Positions 19,899 to 29,300 of a DNA stretch of 64,000 nt are shown here, piece after piece. Position 1 is the stretch's first letter; each line of letters starts with the position of its first letter. The stretch is from Bacteroidota bacterium. GTDB lineage: Bacteria; Bacteroidota; Ignavibacteria; Kapaibacteriales; UBA2268. The DNA is taken from NCBI GenBank assembly GCA_021824625.1, contig JAKAKE010000181.1:5209-69208 (forward strand), given 5' to 3'. Both the position numbers and the translations under genes were made by a program. Below the pieces are notes generated by a model, which was given only the letters and a program-made list of their open reading frames with translations, did not search any database and was not told the origin of the DNA.

Positions 19899-22550
19899 AT
19901 GTTTAAATTTCTAAAAATATTGTTTACACCCAGGAGTAAGAGTAAACTTACTTTCAAAAAGAAGTTTCTGCACTTCCAGGGATTACTTGCCTCAAACGAC
20001 GAGGCTCATAGAAATATGAGTGAAATGGCTGAGATGCTCACTTCCGGTAAAATCTTTTCAAAAGCTTATGCAAATAAAATTTATAGAAATCTAATTGCCT
20101 CTGCTTATGATATAGCAAGGCATCTTGTTATTTTGAGCAGTGGTAAATACCAGCAATTAATTTCAAGGACTGAGGAATTAGAAGAAAAATGCAAACAAAT
20201 TCTATCACCGAGAATTCTGTGCCCCGAAGGTTGGGACTGTCCTGATTATAATTGCCAGGTTTGTGATAAGGTTAAAAAGATTGATGAGAATATTCCCTAC
20301 TATTACCCATTAAATCAAGTTGATGATGTTCTGTCTCTCGAAATTGGGACAAAGATGAGCCATCTCGGCGAGATAAGCAAAAAGCTGCAAATTCCCATAC
20401 CGGATGGATTCTGTCTTACTGTGCGATTGTTTGAAGACATCATGATAGACAGCGATTTGCGCGAAAGAAAAGACGAAATATTTCATGATATTGATTTTGA
20501 TGACATTAAACAAGTAAAAAAGGCTTGCCAGGAAGCACAGGAATTATTTATATCAACTCCGATTCCTGAGCATATTAAAAAGATTATTCTCGATGCTTAT
20601 AATGAATTTTTCGGATTAAATAATAACGTCCTGGTTTCGGTACGTTCCAGTGCCATTGGAGAAGATAGTGCAAATTATTCATTCGCAGGACTTCACTTAT
20701 CGGCTTTAAATGTTAGCAGAGAAAACCTTGTTGATGCCGTTTATGAAGTGTTGATATCGAAGTATTCTCCTCAATCAGTCGTTTACAGGTATATTTCGGG
20801 TTTAAGGGACGAAGATATGCCAATGAGTGTCGGATGCCTGAAAATGGTCAATGCTAATGCCGCTGGTGTTATTTTTACAACCGATCCGATTCACCAGAAA
20901 GATGTTCTAATAATCAATGCTGTCAAAGGACTTGGTACAGTAGCTGTATCCGGCAGAGTCTCTCCGCAGGTATTCATACTTGACAAAAATAATAATTTCA
21001 ACTTAATCGGCTTTTCTCCGGGAATGCAGGACTACAAAGAAAGCCCAAAGTCCACTGATGGTTTGGAAAAAGTTAAATTAGATGATAAGTCGGTAATTCC
21101 CTGCCTGAACGAAATTCAGTTGAAGGAGCTGGCTGATTATGCCACATTGATTGAACAACATTATGGCTCCCCTCAGGATATTGAATGGGTAATTGATGAA
21201 AATAACAAAATTTTGATTTTGCAGGCAAGACAGCTACAATCAAAAAGGAGAAAAGATGATATTATCATAGATAAAGGAAAATTAACCCATCTGGACAAAA
21301 CCTACAAAATATTGCTTAATCATGGGGATTGTGCTAGCACAGGTATAGCCACAGGCAAGGTTTTTAGTGTGAACAATATTAAGGATATTAATGACTTTCC
21401 CAAAGGAAGTATAGTTGTTTCCAAAAAGAATCTACCTGAATTTACAAGTCTCATACACAAAGCTTCGGGATTTATTACTGATGTCGGAAGCACAACCGGA
21501 CATCTTTCAATCATTGCAAGGGAGCAGAATATACCGGTTATCACCAATACAATCAATGGGACCGAGATACTGAAAAATGGTATGGTAATAACTTTGTTTG
21601 CCGATGCAAGCAAGGTTTATGAGGGGAAAGTTGATGAGCTTATTGAAGTATCCGATAAAATCAAAGAAAGCGATAATCTGTTTTTAAAAAGCCCTCTCTA
21701 CAGGCTCTGGCACGGGGTTTCTAAATTTGTTTTCAAATTGAATCTTACAAATCCAAATTCTGCAAAATTTTCTCCGGAATATTGTTTGACTTATCATGAT
21801 ATAATCAGGTTCGCTCACGAAGTTTCCATGAAGGAGATGTTTGCATTTTATGAAACTGCAAGAGTGGATAGCGGCAAAACATACAAGTTGAAATTTGAAG
21901 TTCCGTTGAATATATATGTAATTGACTTAGGTGGCGGCATTAAATCCGATTTAACAGCTAATTCAATTTGTGTTGATGAGATAAAATCCAAACCTTTCCT
22001 GTCTTTGATTAAAGGTATGACAACACAGGGTATTGAATGGGGAGGGCCACTGTCAATTGATGCAAAAGGGTTTTTAAATATCATGATGACAAACCTATCT
22101 GACCCTCACAAAGCTGAAAGAGACATAGGCTCCAGAAGCTATGCACTGATATCTGACAATTATTTGAATTTCTTTTCACGCCTGGGCTATCATTTTTCTC
22201 GTCTTGACGCTCTGGCAAGTAATGAAGTCAATAATAACTATATTAATTTTCATTTTCGCGGGGGAGCAGCAGACCAGGTCAGAAAAGAACGGAGAGCAAA
22301 AGCTATCACCAGAATATTAGAATCTCTACATTTCACTGTGATTCACAGAGGAGATACAGTTATAAGTAATATCAGAAAAATACATGTGGAAGATATTCAC
22401 ACAATGTTGGAAGTTATTGGGCGGCTTATGGGTGCTGTCAGAAATACCGATGTAACAATGCTGACTGACAATCATGTTGATGTATTTGTTAATGCATTTC
22501 TCAACGGAGACCCGGCGCCTGTAAAAAGATTTTATACTTTGGAAAATTGA
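19899..22550 (+). CDS. PEP-synthase-like phosphotransferase, paralog B
   Basis: VRSSAIGEDSANYSFAGLHLSALNV, DIEWVIDENN, GSTTGHLSIIAREQNIPVITN; N-terminal Cys cluster CPEGWDCPDYNCQVCDK; C-terminal domain shares motifs with paralog A (HDI.RFAH..KEMF; Y.LIS..Y.N...R.GYHFS; F.FRGG). Confidence 0.75.
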   Translation: MFKFLKILFTPRSKSKLTFKKKFLHFQGLLASNDEAHRNMSEMAEMLTSGKIFSKAYANKIYRNLIASAYDIARHLVILSSGKYQQLISRTEELEEKCKQILSPRILCPEGWDCPDYNCQVCDKVKKIDENIPYYYPLNQVDDVLSLEIGTKMSHLGEISKKLQIPIPDGFCLTVRLFEDIMIDSDLRERKDEIFHDIDFDDIKQVKKACQEAQELFISTPIPEHIKKIILDAYNEFFGLNNNVLVSVRSSAIGEDSANYSFAGLHLSALNVSRENLVDAVYEVLISKYSPQSVVYRYISGLRDEDMPMSVGCLKMVNANAAGVIFTTDPIHQKDVLIINAVKGLGTVAVSGRVSPQVFILDKNNNFNLIGFSPGMQDYKESPKSTDGLEKVKLDDKSVIPCLNEIQLKELADYATLIEQHYGSPQDIEWVIDENNKILILQARQLQSKRRKDDIIIDKGKLTHLDKTYKILLNHGDCASTGIATGKVFSVNNIKDINDFPKGSIVVSKKNLPEFTSLIHKASGFITDVGSTTGHLSIIAREQNIPVITNTINGTEILKNGMVITLFADASKVYEGKVDELIEVSDKIKESDNLFLKSPLYRLWHGVSKFVFKLNLTNPNSAKFSPEYCLTYHDIIRFAHEVSMKEMFAFYETARVDSGKTYKLKFEVPLNIYVIDLGGGIKSDLTANSICVDEIKSKPFLSLIKGMTTQGIEWGGPLSIDAKGFLNIMMTNLSDPHKAERDIGSRSYALISDNYLNFFSRLGYHFSRLDALASNEVNNNYINFHFRGGAADQVRKERRAKAITRILESLHFTVIHRGDTVISNIRKIHVEDIHTMLEVIGRLMGAVRNTDVTMLTDNHVDVFVNAFLNGDPAPVKRFYTLEN

Positions 22551-22752
22551 ATAATTTATGAATTGCTGTGAGCTGGCTAAATCTTTTATTATTACTTGTT
22601 GATTAGAGTTATTGGCAGTATGATTTCTTATTATCAAAAAGCCTGAAATTTAAAATTCTTTTAATATTATATTATACCCTTTAATTTTACTTTTTTTCAA
22701 TTTCTTTTATTCGTAAATTTCAATTGATTTTTAGTATCTACTTATTTTAATT

Positions 22753-23751
22753 ATGTCAGGTAAAAGTTTCAAAGCACTCGTTGTTGATGAAGTTCGGGAA
22801 AATGTTTTTCAAAGAAGAATTATTGAAAGAAATGTAGATGAACTTCCGCCGGGGGAGGTGCTTATCAGGGTGGAATATTCTGCTTTGAATTATAAGGATG
22901 CTCTCTCTGCAAAAGGCCATAAAGGCATAACAAGAAAGTATCCACATACTCCAGGAGTTGATGCATCGGGTGTGGTTGAAGCAAGTACGTCCGATCTATT
23001 TCTTGTTGGTGAAAAAGTTTTTGTAACAGGTTATGACCTTGGGATGAATACATCGGGAGGTTTTGGTCAATATATCAGGGTTCCTGCTGGATGGGTTATT
23101 AAGATTCCCCCCGATTTTTCATTAAGAGAAATTATGATTTATGGTACTGCAGGGTTTACTTCCGGGATAGCTATATACGAAATGCAGAGGAATGAAATTA
23201 CTCCCGATAAAGGAAAAATTCTGGTAACGGGTGCTGCTGGAGGAGTTGGCTGTCTTGCAACAGCAATGCTTACTAAAGCAGGTTATTATGTTGTAGCCTC
23301 TACCGGAAAACTCCAAAAAAAAGATTTCCTTATGAATTTAGGAGCTAAGGAAGTAATAAGCAGGGAAGATTTGATTGATACAAGCGGCAAGCCTTTGCTT
23401 CCAAAGAAATGGGCTGGAGCAATTGAAAATGTTGGGGGAAATACATTATCAACAGTAATAAAATCCATCGGGAATAGGGGGGTTGTTACAAGTATAGGTT
23501 TAGTTCAATCGGATAAGCTCGAGACAACTGTTTATCCTTTCATTTTGAGAGGTGTGAGACTTATTGGAGTTGACTCTGCCGAAAGCCCGATGGACTACAG
23601 ATTGAAAATTTGGAATAAGATTTTTACTGAGTGGAGGCTGGATGAACCAGAACAATTAGTAAAGGAATGTTCCTTAATTGAATTGGATAAAGAAATTGAG
23701 TTAATTTTGAAAGGCGGGCAAACGGGTAGAGTAGTAGTAAATATGAAGTGA
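22753..23751 (+). CDS. YhdH/AcuI-family NADPH-dependent oxidoreductase (MDR superfamily, acrylyl-CoA reductase-like)
   Basis: FKALVVDE...YSALNYKDALSAKGHKGITRKYPHTPGVDASGVV and Rossmann GAAGGVG; ~330 aa, typical YhdH/YhfP. Confidence 0.8.
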   Translation: MSGKSFKALVVDEVRENVFQRRIIERNVDELPPGEVLIRVEYSALNYKDALSAKGHKGITRKYPHTPGVDASGVVEASTSDLFLVGEKVFVTGYDLGMNTSGGFGQYIRVPAGWVIKIPPDFSLREIMIYGTAGFTSGIAIYEMQRNEITPDKGKILVTGAAGGVGCLATAMLTKAGYYVVASTGKLQKKDFLMNLGAKEVISREDLIDTSGKPLLPKKWAGAIENVGGNTLSTVIKSIGNRGVVTSIGLVQSDKLETTVYPFILRGVRLIGVDSAESPMDYRLKIWNKIFTEWRLDEPEQLVKECSLIELDKEIELILKGGQTGRVVVNMK

Positions 23752-23831
23752 TAGTATTGATTTGAAAATATAGAATGCAAAATGTAAAATGTACTTAATT
23801 TATTAATTTTTAAAAACAGAGGAGAAAAATT

Positions 23832-24386
23832 ATGAAAACTGCATTGTTCTTTTCTGTAGTTCTAACCTTTCTTTTTTTGTTAACTGATATTTTACAATGT
23901 CAAGAGAAAGGAGTAACTAAAATAAGTATTAAAATAACAAGCACAGCATTTATCGAAGGGGGTTTATTACCTAAAATCTATACTTGTGAAGGGAAAAATA
24001 TATCTCCACCCCTTGCCTGGAGTAATTTGCCTGAAGGAACAAAAAGCATAGCTCTCATCAATGATGACCCTGATGCTCCGATGGGAACATGGGTACACTG
24101 GGTTATTTATAATATACCTCCAACTGAAACAGGATTAAAGGAAGAAATTCCATCAGAAAATATTTTACCAAACGGAGCCAAGCAGGGTATTACAGATTTC
24201 AGAAGAGTGGGGTATGGGGGACCCTGCCCTCCCAGCGGCACACACAGGTATTTTTTCAAGCTCTATGCTCTTGATAAAATTCTTGAATTGGAACCGGGAG
24301 TCAGCAAAGGACAACTCCTGACAGCAATGGAAGGTCACATCTTGGGAACTGGGCAGTTGGTAGGAAAATACAAAAAGGCACTTTAG
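23832..24386 (+). CDS. YbhB/YbcL (PEBP/Raf-kinase-inhibitor-like) family protein with signal peptide
   Basis: GKNISPPLAWSNLPEGTKSIALINDDPDAPMGTWVHWVIYNIPP and GPCPPSGTHRYFFKLYALD are the PEBP signature motifs; AGGAG SD 7 nt upstream. Confidence 0.85.
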   Translation: MKTALFFSVVLTFLFLLTDILQCQEKGVTKISIKITSTAFIEGGLLPKIYTCEGKNISPPLAWSNLPEGTKSIALINDDPDAPMGTWVHWVIYNIPPTETGLKEEIPSENILPNGAKQGITDFRRVGYGGPCPPSGTHRYFFKLYALDKILELEPGVSKGQLLTAMEGHILGTGQLVGKYKKAL

Positions 24387-24390
24387 GATT

Positions 24391-24425
24391 TGTAGGATTC
24401 GAGGATTGCAGGATTACAATCATAT
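24391..24425. repeat. solo AGGATT-array repeat (ttAGGATTtgtAGGATTcgAGGATTgcAGGATT)
   Basis: Four AGGATT motifs at 8-9 bp spacing immediately after the PEBP stop; same motif family as the GxxExxY-cassette inverted repeats. Confidence 0.7.
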
Positions 24426-24535
24426 TGAATTGTTAGAATTAGACTATTGGGTCTGCATATATACTAAAATATGATTAAAATTTTATAATTTTATATAATT
24501 AAATAGAAATCATTTAATAAAACATAAAGGGTATT

Positions 24536-24880
24536 ATGATAGAAGCACCAAAAAATCCTGCTGGTATCGTTGTTCGATGGCTTGCAAGGGCATTAAGTGT
24601 ACTGATAATTCTTATTTTCGCCATGTTTGCTTTAGGCGAAGGTTTTGGAGTGGGTCCTGTAGAAACAAACGAAATAATATTATTTATTATATTATTACTT
24701 TCATTAGCCGGTATTGTTTATTCATTCTTCAATGAGAAATTAGGAGGCTTGGGAACATTAGCCTTTGGTATAATTTTTTTAATTGTTGACCGGCATTTCA
24801 ACTTTTATTACTTGTTTATTCCTTTTACAGGTATTTTGTTTTTGGTTTCCTGGCTGTTGTCAAAAGAAAAGAAGAATTAA
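24536..24880 (+). CDS. small hypothetical membrane protein (3 TM)
   Basis: Hydrophobic helices; N-terminal RWLARALSVLIILIF resembles the next ORF (RWFARMPAIILSLFSVIL), suggesting a tandem paralog pair. Confidence 0.35.
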   Translation: MIEAPKNPAGIVVRWLARALSVLIILIFAMFALGEGFGVGPVETNEIILFIILLLSLAGIVYSFFNEKLGGLGTLAFGIIFLIVDRHFNFYYLFIPFTGILFLVSWLLSKEKKN

Positions 24881-24924
24881 GCTATTTTTCAATAAAAAAT
24901 GATACAGGGCAGGACAATCCTGAT

Positions 24925-25146
24925 TTGCAAATAATGAGATGGTTTGCCAGAATGCCGGCAATAATATTATCTCTTTTTTCTGTGATATTGATGAGCAGTT
25001 TTGTTGACCATTTATCACAAACAAAAGATAGCGATGGTTACTTGCTCATAATAATTACATTAATTTTGTTAGTGATTTGTTTTTCGATGTCTTTTTTTCA
25101 ATCAGAAATTGGGCAGTTCTTTGAGTTTTTTTTTCAATCATTATAA
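24925..25146 (+). CDS. small hypothetical membrane protein (2 TM), paralog of preceding ORF
   Basis: See above. Confidence 0.3.
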   Translation: MQIMRWFARMPAIILSLFSVILMSSFVDHLSQTKDSDGYLLIIITLILLVICFSMSFFQSEIGQFFEFFFQSL

Positions 25147-25489
25147 TTGTTTTTAACAATCCTTTTTGGATTTTAATTATCTATCATGCAATCAGTATTC
25201 TTATTCTTGTTGTATGGGTATTTTCACAAGAAAATAATTGGCATAATGAATTCGCATTAGACTAAGTAATAGAAAATTAAAATTATATTGAGTCTGATTG
25301 TAAATTATACATTATGTAAGTCTGAGCTTAGTCGAAGACTGATTAGAACAAGGTTGTCATACTTTGACTCCGCTCATTATGACAGATTTTCAATTAGACC
25401 TTATATAAAATAAATATATTTAATAAATTAAACGGCATCCATTCCGTCTATAATTTATATATTTTTAATTTTTCAGAAAGGACAAAGTT

Positions 25490-25594
25490 ATGGGAAAAGA
25501 TAAGAATGTAAAAAAGGAAGCAAAAAAGAAACCTGCAAAATCATTAATAGAAAAAAGAAAAGAAAAAAAGGAAAAAAAACTAAATAAAAAATAA
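25490..25594 (+). CDS. possible micro-ORF encoding 34-aa Lys-rich peptide (MGKDKNVKKEAKKKPAKSLIEKRKEKKEKKLNKK)
   Basis: Intact ATG...TAA ORF in an otherwise ORF-free 1.2-kb gap, preceded by purine-rich gaaaggacaaagtt; could equally be chance in A-rich DNA. Confidence 0.2.
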   Translation: MGKDKNVKKEAKKKPAKSLIEKRKEKKEKKLNKK

Positions 25595-26384
25595 GTCATT
25601 CTTAATATTTATAGATGTGTTAAATTTTATATTTGAGATGAGCTTAGTTTGTATTAGTTTCTGATATTGAACTTCTTGACCAATACAATGTTTACCATTG
25701 AGTAAGCATGAGTCGTTTCAGAAGAGGATAAAGGTTCTAAAACATTTACTCTAATAAGTTATACAAAATTATTATTTGTTTTTGTCTGCTTATTAGGGTC
25801 CAAGTTAATTCAATACTATTAACTGAAGTTTACTTTAAGTCATTGATTTTAGATAAACTTCTATCTCAGTAAGGAGTTGCTTAAGTAAGTCAATTATAGA
25901 CTATAAAATGATGATGATTTCACGATATCTGCTATAACACCTTCAATTCCATCCATTTTTGCTATAACCTCTTAATTGTTGAATAGTATTGGTAAATTGC
26001 AATAAAAAATTTTTTTTTTCCTGATTTCGTTTTTTAATAAATTTATAAAGGGATTTTGTTTTGTTTCTTTTGTTATTTTTAAAACATAAGAAGCAACAAA
26101 ATCACGGAATTCTGGAATCATATACAAAGTTGCTTGAATTATTCTGATTTCTAATGATGCCGTTCTGAATGAAGTGAAGATTGACAAAAGGTAAAATCGG
26201 TATTTTTGGAACAATCCAGTATAACGGATGGTTTATAATTATTCTTTTTCTTGATGTTTGATTTTTTTAATTCTATGCATAATGGAGAAAATGAATTGAT
26301 TATTGAAAATTAATTCAGAATCATGATTTTTAAGTCAGTAATGCATTTTGAAAATTATTAATATATTATAAATCGGGGTAAAGT

Positions 26385-29300
26385 ATGAAGAAGATATTTG
26401 TTTTCGTGGGTTGCATTTTAACTGCTATTATTTTTATTAGCTGTGGTTTAAGAAATGCAGTCGAGGTAGTTAGTTTCAATCCTTCAGGAAGCGTCGGAAC
26501 TTTAACAACATTCACAATTGAATTTTCAAAAGAACTTGCACCTGTTGATACGCAGGATAAATGGCTAACAGAGGAGTTTGTTAAGTTTGAACCAAAAATT
26601 CCCGGAAAATTCAAATGGACTTCTGCCAGCACACTTATTTTTTCACCCGATGTTCAACTCGAGCCAATACAAGAGTACTCAGCTGAAATTACCAAAAAGG
26701 TATTATTCGATAAAGACCTGAGTCTGGATGCTGAAACTATTGAATTTAAGACTCATGATTTTGATATAACAAAAGTTGATTTGTTCTGGACACACATACC
26801 TAATCAATACTACAAAGTGAGTGTACAGGCTAATCTTCATTTTAACTACCCTGTGAATCCGGATATGCTGAAACAGAATTTGCTCGTCGAGCATGACGGG
26901 AAACCGGTTACTAATTATCAAATTGTAACCAAGGAAAAATCGGATTTAATTGCAGTGAATTTCGGTGAAATTCAGCAGACTGATAAAGAACAGGTGTTCA
27001 AAATAACTGTGAAAAAAGGATTAATGAGTGTATTCGGTAAAAGTGGACTTTATGATGACAGAACTTTCAGTAATAAACTTGAACCAATTACTAAACTTGC
27101 AATAACAGGTGTAGCTTCTGGATTTGATGGGGCTACCGGGTGGATAGAAGTTTCTACGACACAGATGGTGGATGAAAAAAGATTGAAAGAATATGTTAAA
27201 ACGGAACCCTGGAAAGATTTATCATTCTTTGTGAGTGACAATTCATTCAGAATTGAAGCAAATCTTGAGAATGTGCAGGATGTAATGCTGAAAATCAGGA
27301 AAGGTTTGCCCGGGCTTTATGGCGGTGAATTGGAATTTGACTTTGAACAACAGGTTTCATTTGTAAATCTTGAACCTTCAATTAATTTTGCCGATAAAAA
27401 GGGAAAATACCTGATGCTTGGCGGCAATAAAAATTTGCAGGTGAATTTTGTTAATATTGATGAAGCTGATATTGAAGTTTCACAAGTATTTAAAAATAAT
27501 CTGCTATGGTTCCTCAATCAGAATTCTTATGATTATTATGATTACGAAGAAGATTATGGTTATAACTCAGATATATGGACCGGAGATTATGGAAAGACTT
27601 TATATGAAGAAAAAATTAATTTATTAAATAACAAAAACTGGCTTGAAAAAAAATATATCAATCTGAATAGAATTACCGGTCAAAAGTACAAAGGAATTTA
27701 TGTTGTTAATGTCAGGTCTTCTCAGGACAGGTGGATAGCAGACGCAAAAATGATTGCTATAACCGACCTTGGTATTATTTCTAAAAAATCCGGCAATGAA
27801 ATAATAGTTTTTGTAAACTCAATTGCAAAAGCCGAACCAGTCGAGGGAGTTGAGATTAGTGTTATTTCATCAAACAACCAAACACTACTGAATGGAAAAA
27901 CCGATAAAGAAGGAACAATAAGATTTACAGATGTCAGAAAAAAAATTGAAGGATTCACTCCAAGATTGATTGTTGCGGAGACTGCAAATGATTTCAATTA
28001 TATTGACCTGAAGGAAACATTCATCGAAACTTCAAGATTTGATGTCGGAGGTGTATTTGAATTTCTCGAGGATGTGAATACATTTATCTACAGCGATAGA
28101 AATATTTATCGTCCCGGTGAAAATGTTTTCCTATCGGCAATTGTAAGAAATGATAAAATGGAAGTTTTGAAAGATATTCCTGTGTTTTTGAAAATCATTA
28201 CTCCCACCGGTAAAACATTTACAGAAATGAAAAAACTGTTGAACGATGAGGGAAGTTTTGAAGCATCGTTCAGAACACCTGAATATGTACAAACAGGTGA
28301 ATACAGGGCAGAGGTTTATACCGGCTCGAATCAATTAATTGGAACATACAAATTCAGCGTCGAGGATTTTGTTCCCGATAAAATAAGGCTGATGCTAAAA
28401 TCCGATAAGGATTTTGCGTTCCCGGGAGACCAAATAGGAGTTAGTATTGATGCTGAATTTTTATTTGGAGCAAAAGCATCTGGTCTGAAATATGAATCTC
28501 ATATTAATCTCCGTCACAGGCCCTTTGTCAGCAAGAGATTTTCTGAATATGATTTTAATAATTCATCAAGAACTAATCCAATATATGAAGAAGTAAATAT
28601 GGATGGATTTTTGGATGGAAATGGAAAAGGAAGAGTTGATTATGTTGTGCCGCATGATATTAAGGGTAGCGGAATTGTAACCTGCTATACTTATGTTAAT
28701 GTATTCGACCTGACGGGTAGAACAGTAAATAGAGCGGCAACTACCGACATTTACCCGAAGGATTATTTTATTGGATTCAAGTCTTCGGGATATTATTTCG
28801 GAACAAATGACAGATTGAATTTTAAGACTGCCGCTGTTGACCACAGCGATAAACCCATTAAAGGATTTAATGCGGCAGTAAAGCTTGTCCGCTTTGATTG
28901 GCAGACTATCCTCAAGAAAGATAATAACGACAGGTATTTTTATGCTTCCGAAGAAAAAGAAATTGTTGAATGGCAGAAGAATATGAGTTTAAACGGTGGG
29001 ACTAAGGACATATCTTTCACTGTGTCTAAATCCGGAAGATATGAATTACGAATATCGAAAGAAGGTGAGGATGAATATCAAAAGAAATCATTCTATGCTT
29101 ATGGATGGGTTAACACAACAGCATCATCATTTCAGGTTGATAAGGAAGGAAGAGTTGATATTGTTTTCGATAAATCTCAATATGAACCCGGCAATAAAGC
29201 AAAAATTCTATTTAATTGCCCGTTTGCAGGGAAGCTGCTTGTCAGTTTCGAAAGAAATGGTGTTTATGATTATCAATATATTGAAATGGAGAGCAAATCC

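Noticed and set aside
15546-22550. Annotating the two PPDK_N/His-domain proteins simply as phosphoenolpyruvate synthase (ppsA)
   Set aside because: The C-terminal ~300 aa of both proteins lack the conserved PEP/pyruvate-binding TIM-barrel motifs, including the catalytic Cys region. They share a different domain, so a ppsA call would be over-annotation.
12753-22750. tRNA-Pro-associated genomic island covering the TCS plus the PEP-synthase-like block
   Set aside because: No integrase or recombinase is present. No direct repeat of the tRNA-Pro 3' end was found at the far boundary (22560-22750). Composition is not obviously different from flanking DNA. This is kept only as a remark.
25972-26214. 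80-aa minus-strand ORF in the 1.2-kb non-coding gap
   Set aside because: It is extremely AT-rich with a low-complexity product (MFQKYRFYLLSIFTSFRTASLEIRIIQ...). It overlaps a poly-A/T tract and has no start context or motifs.
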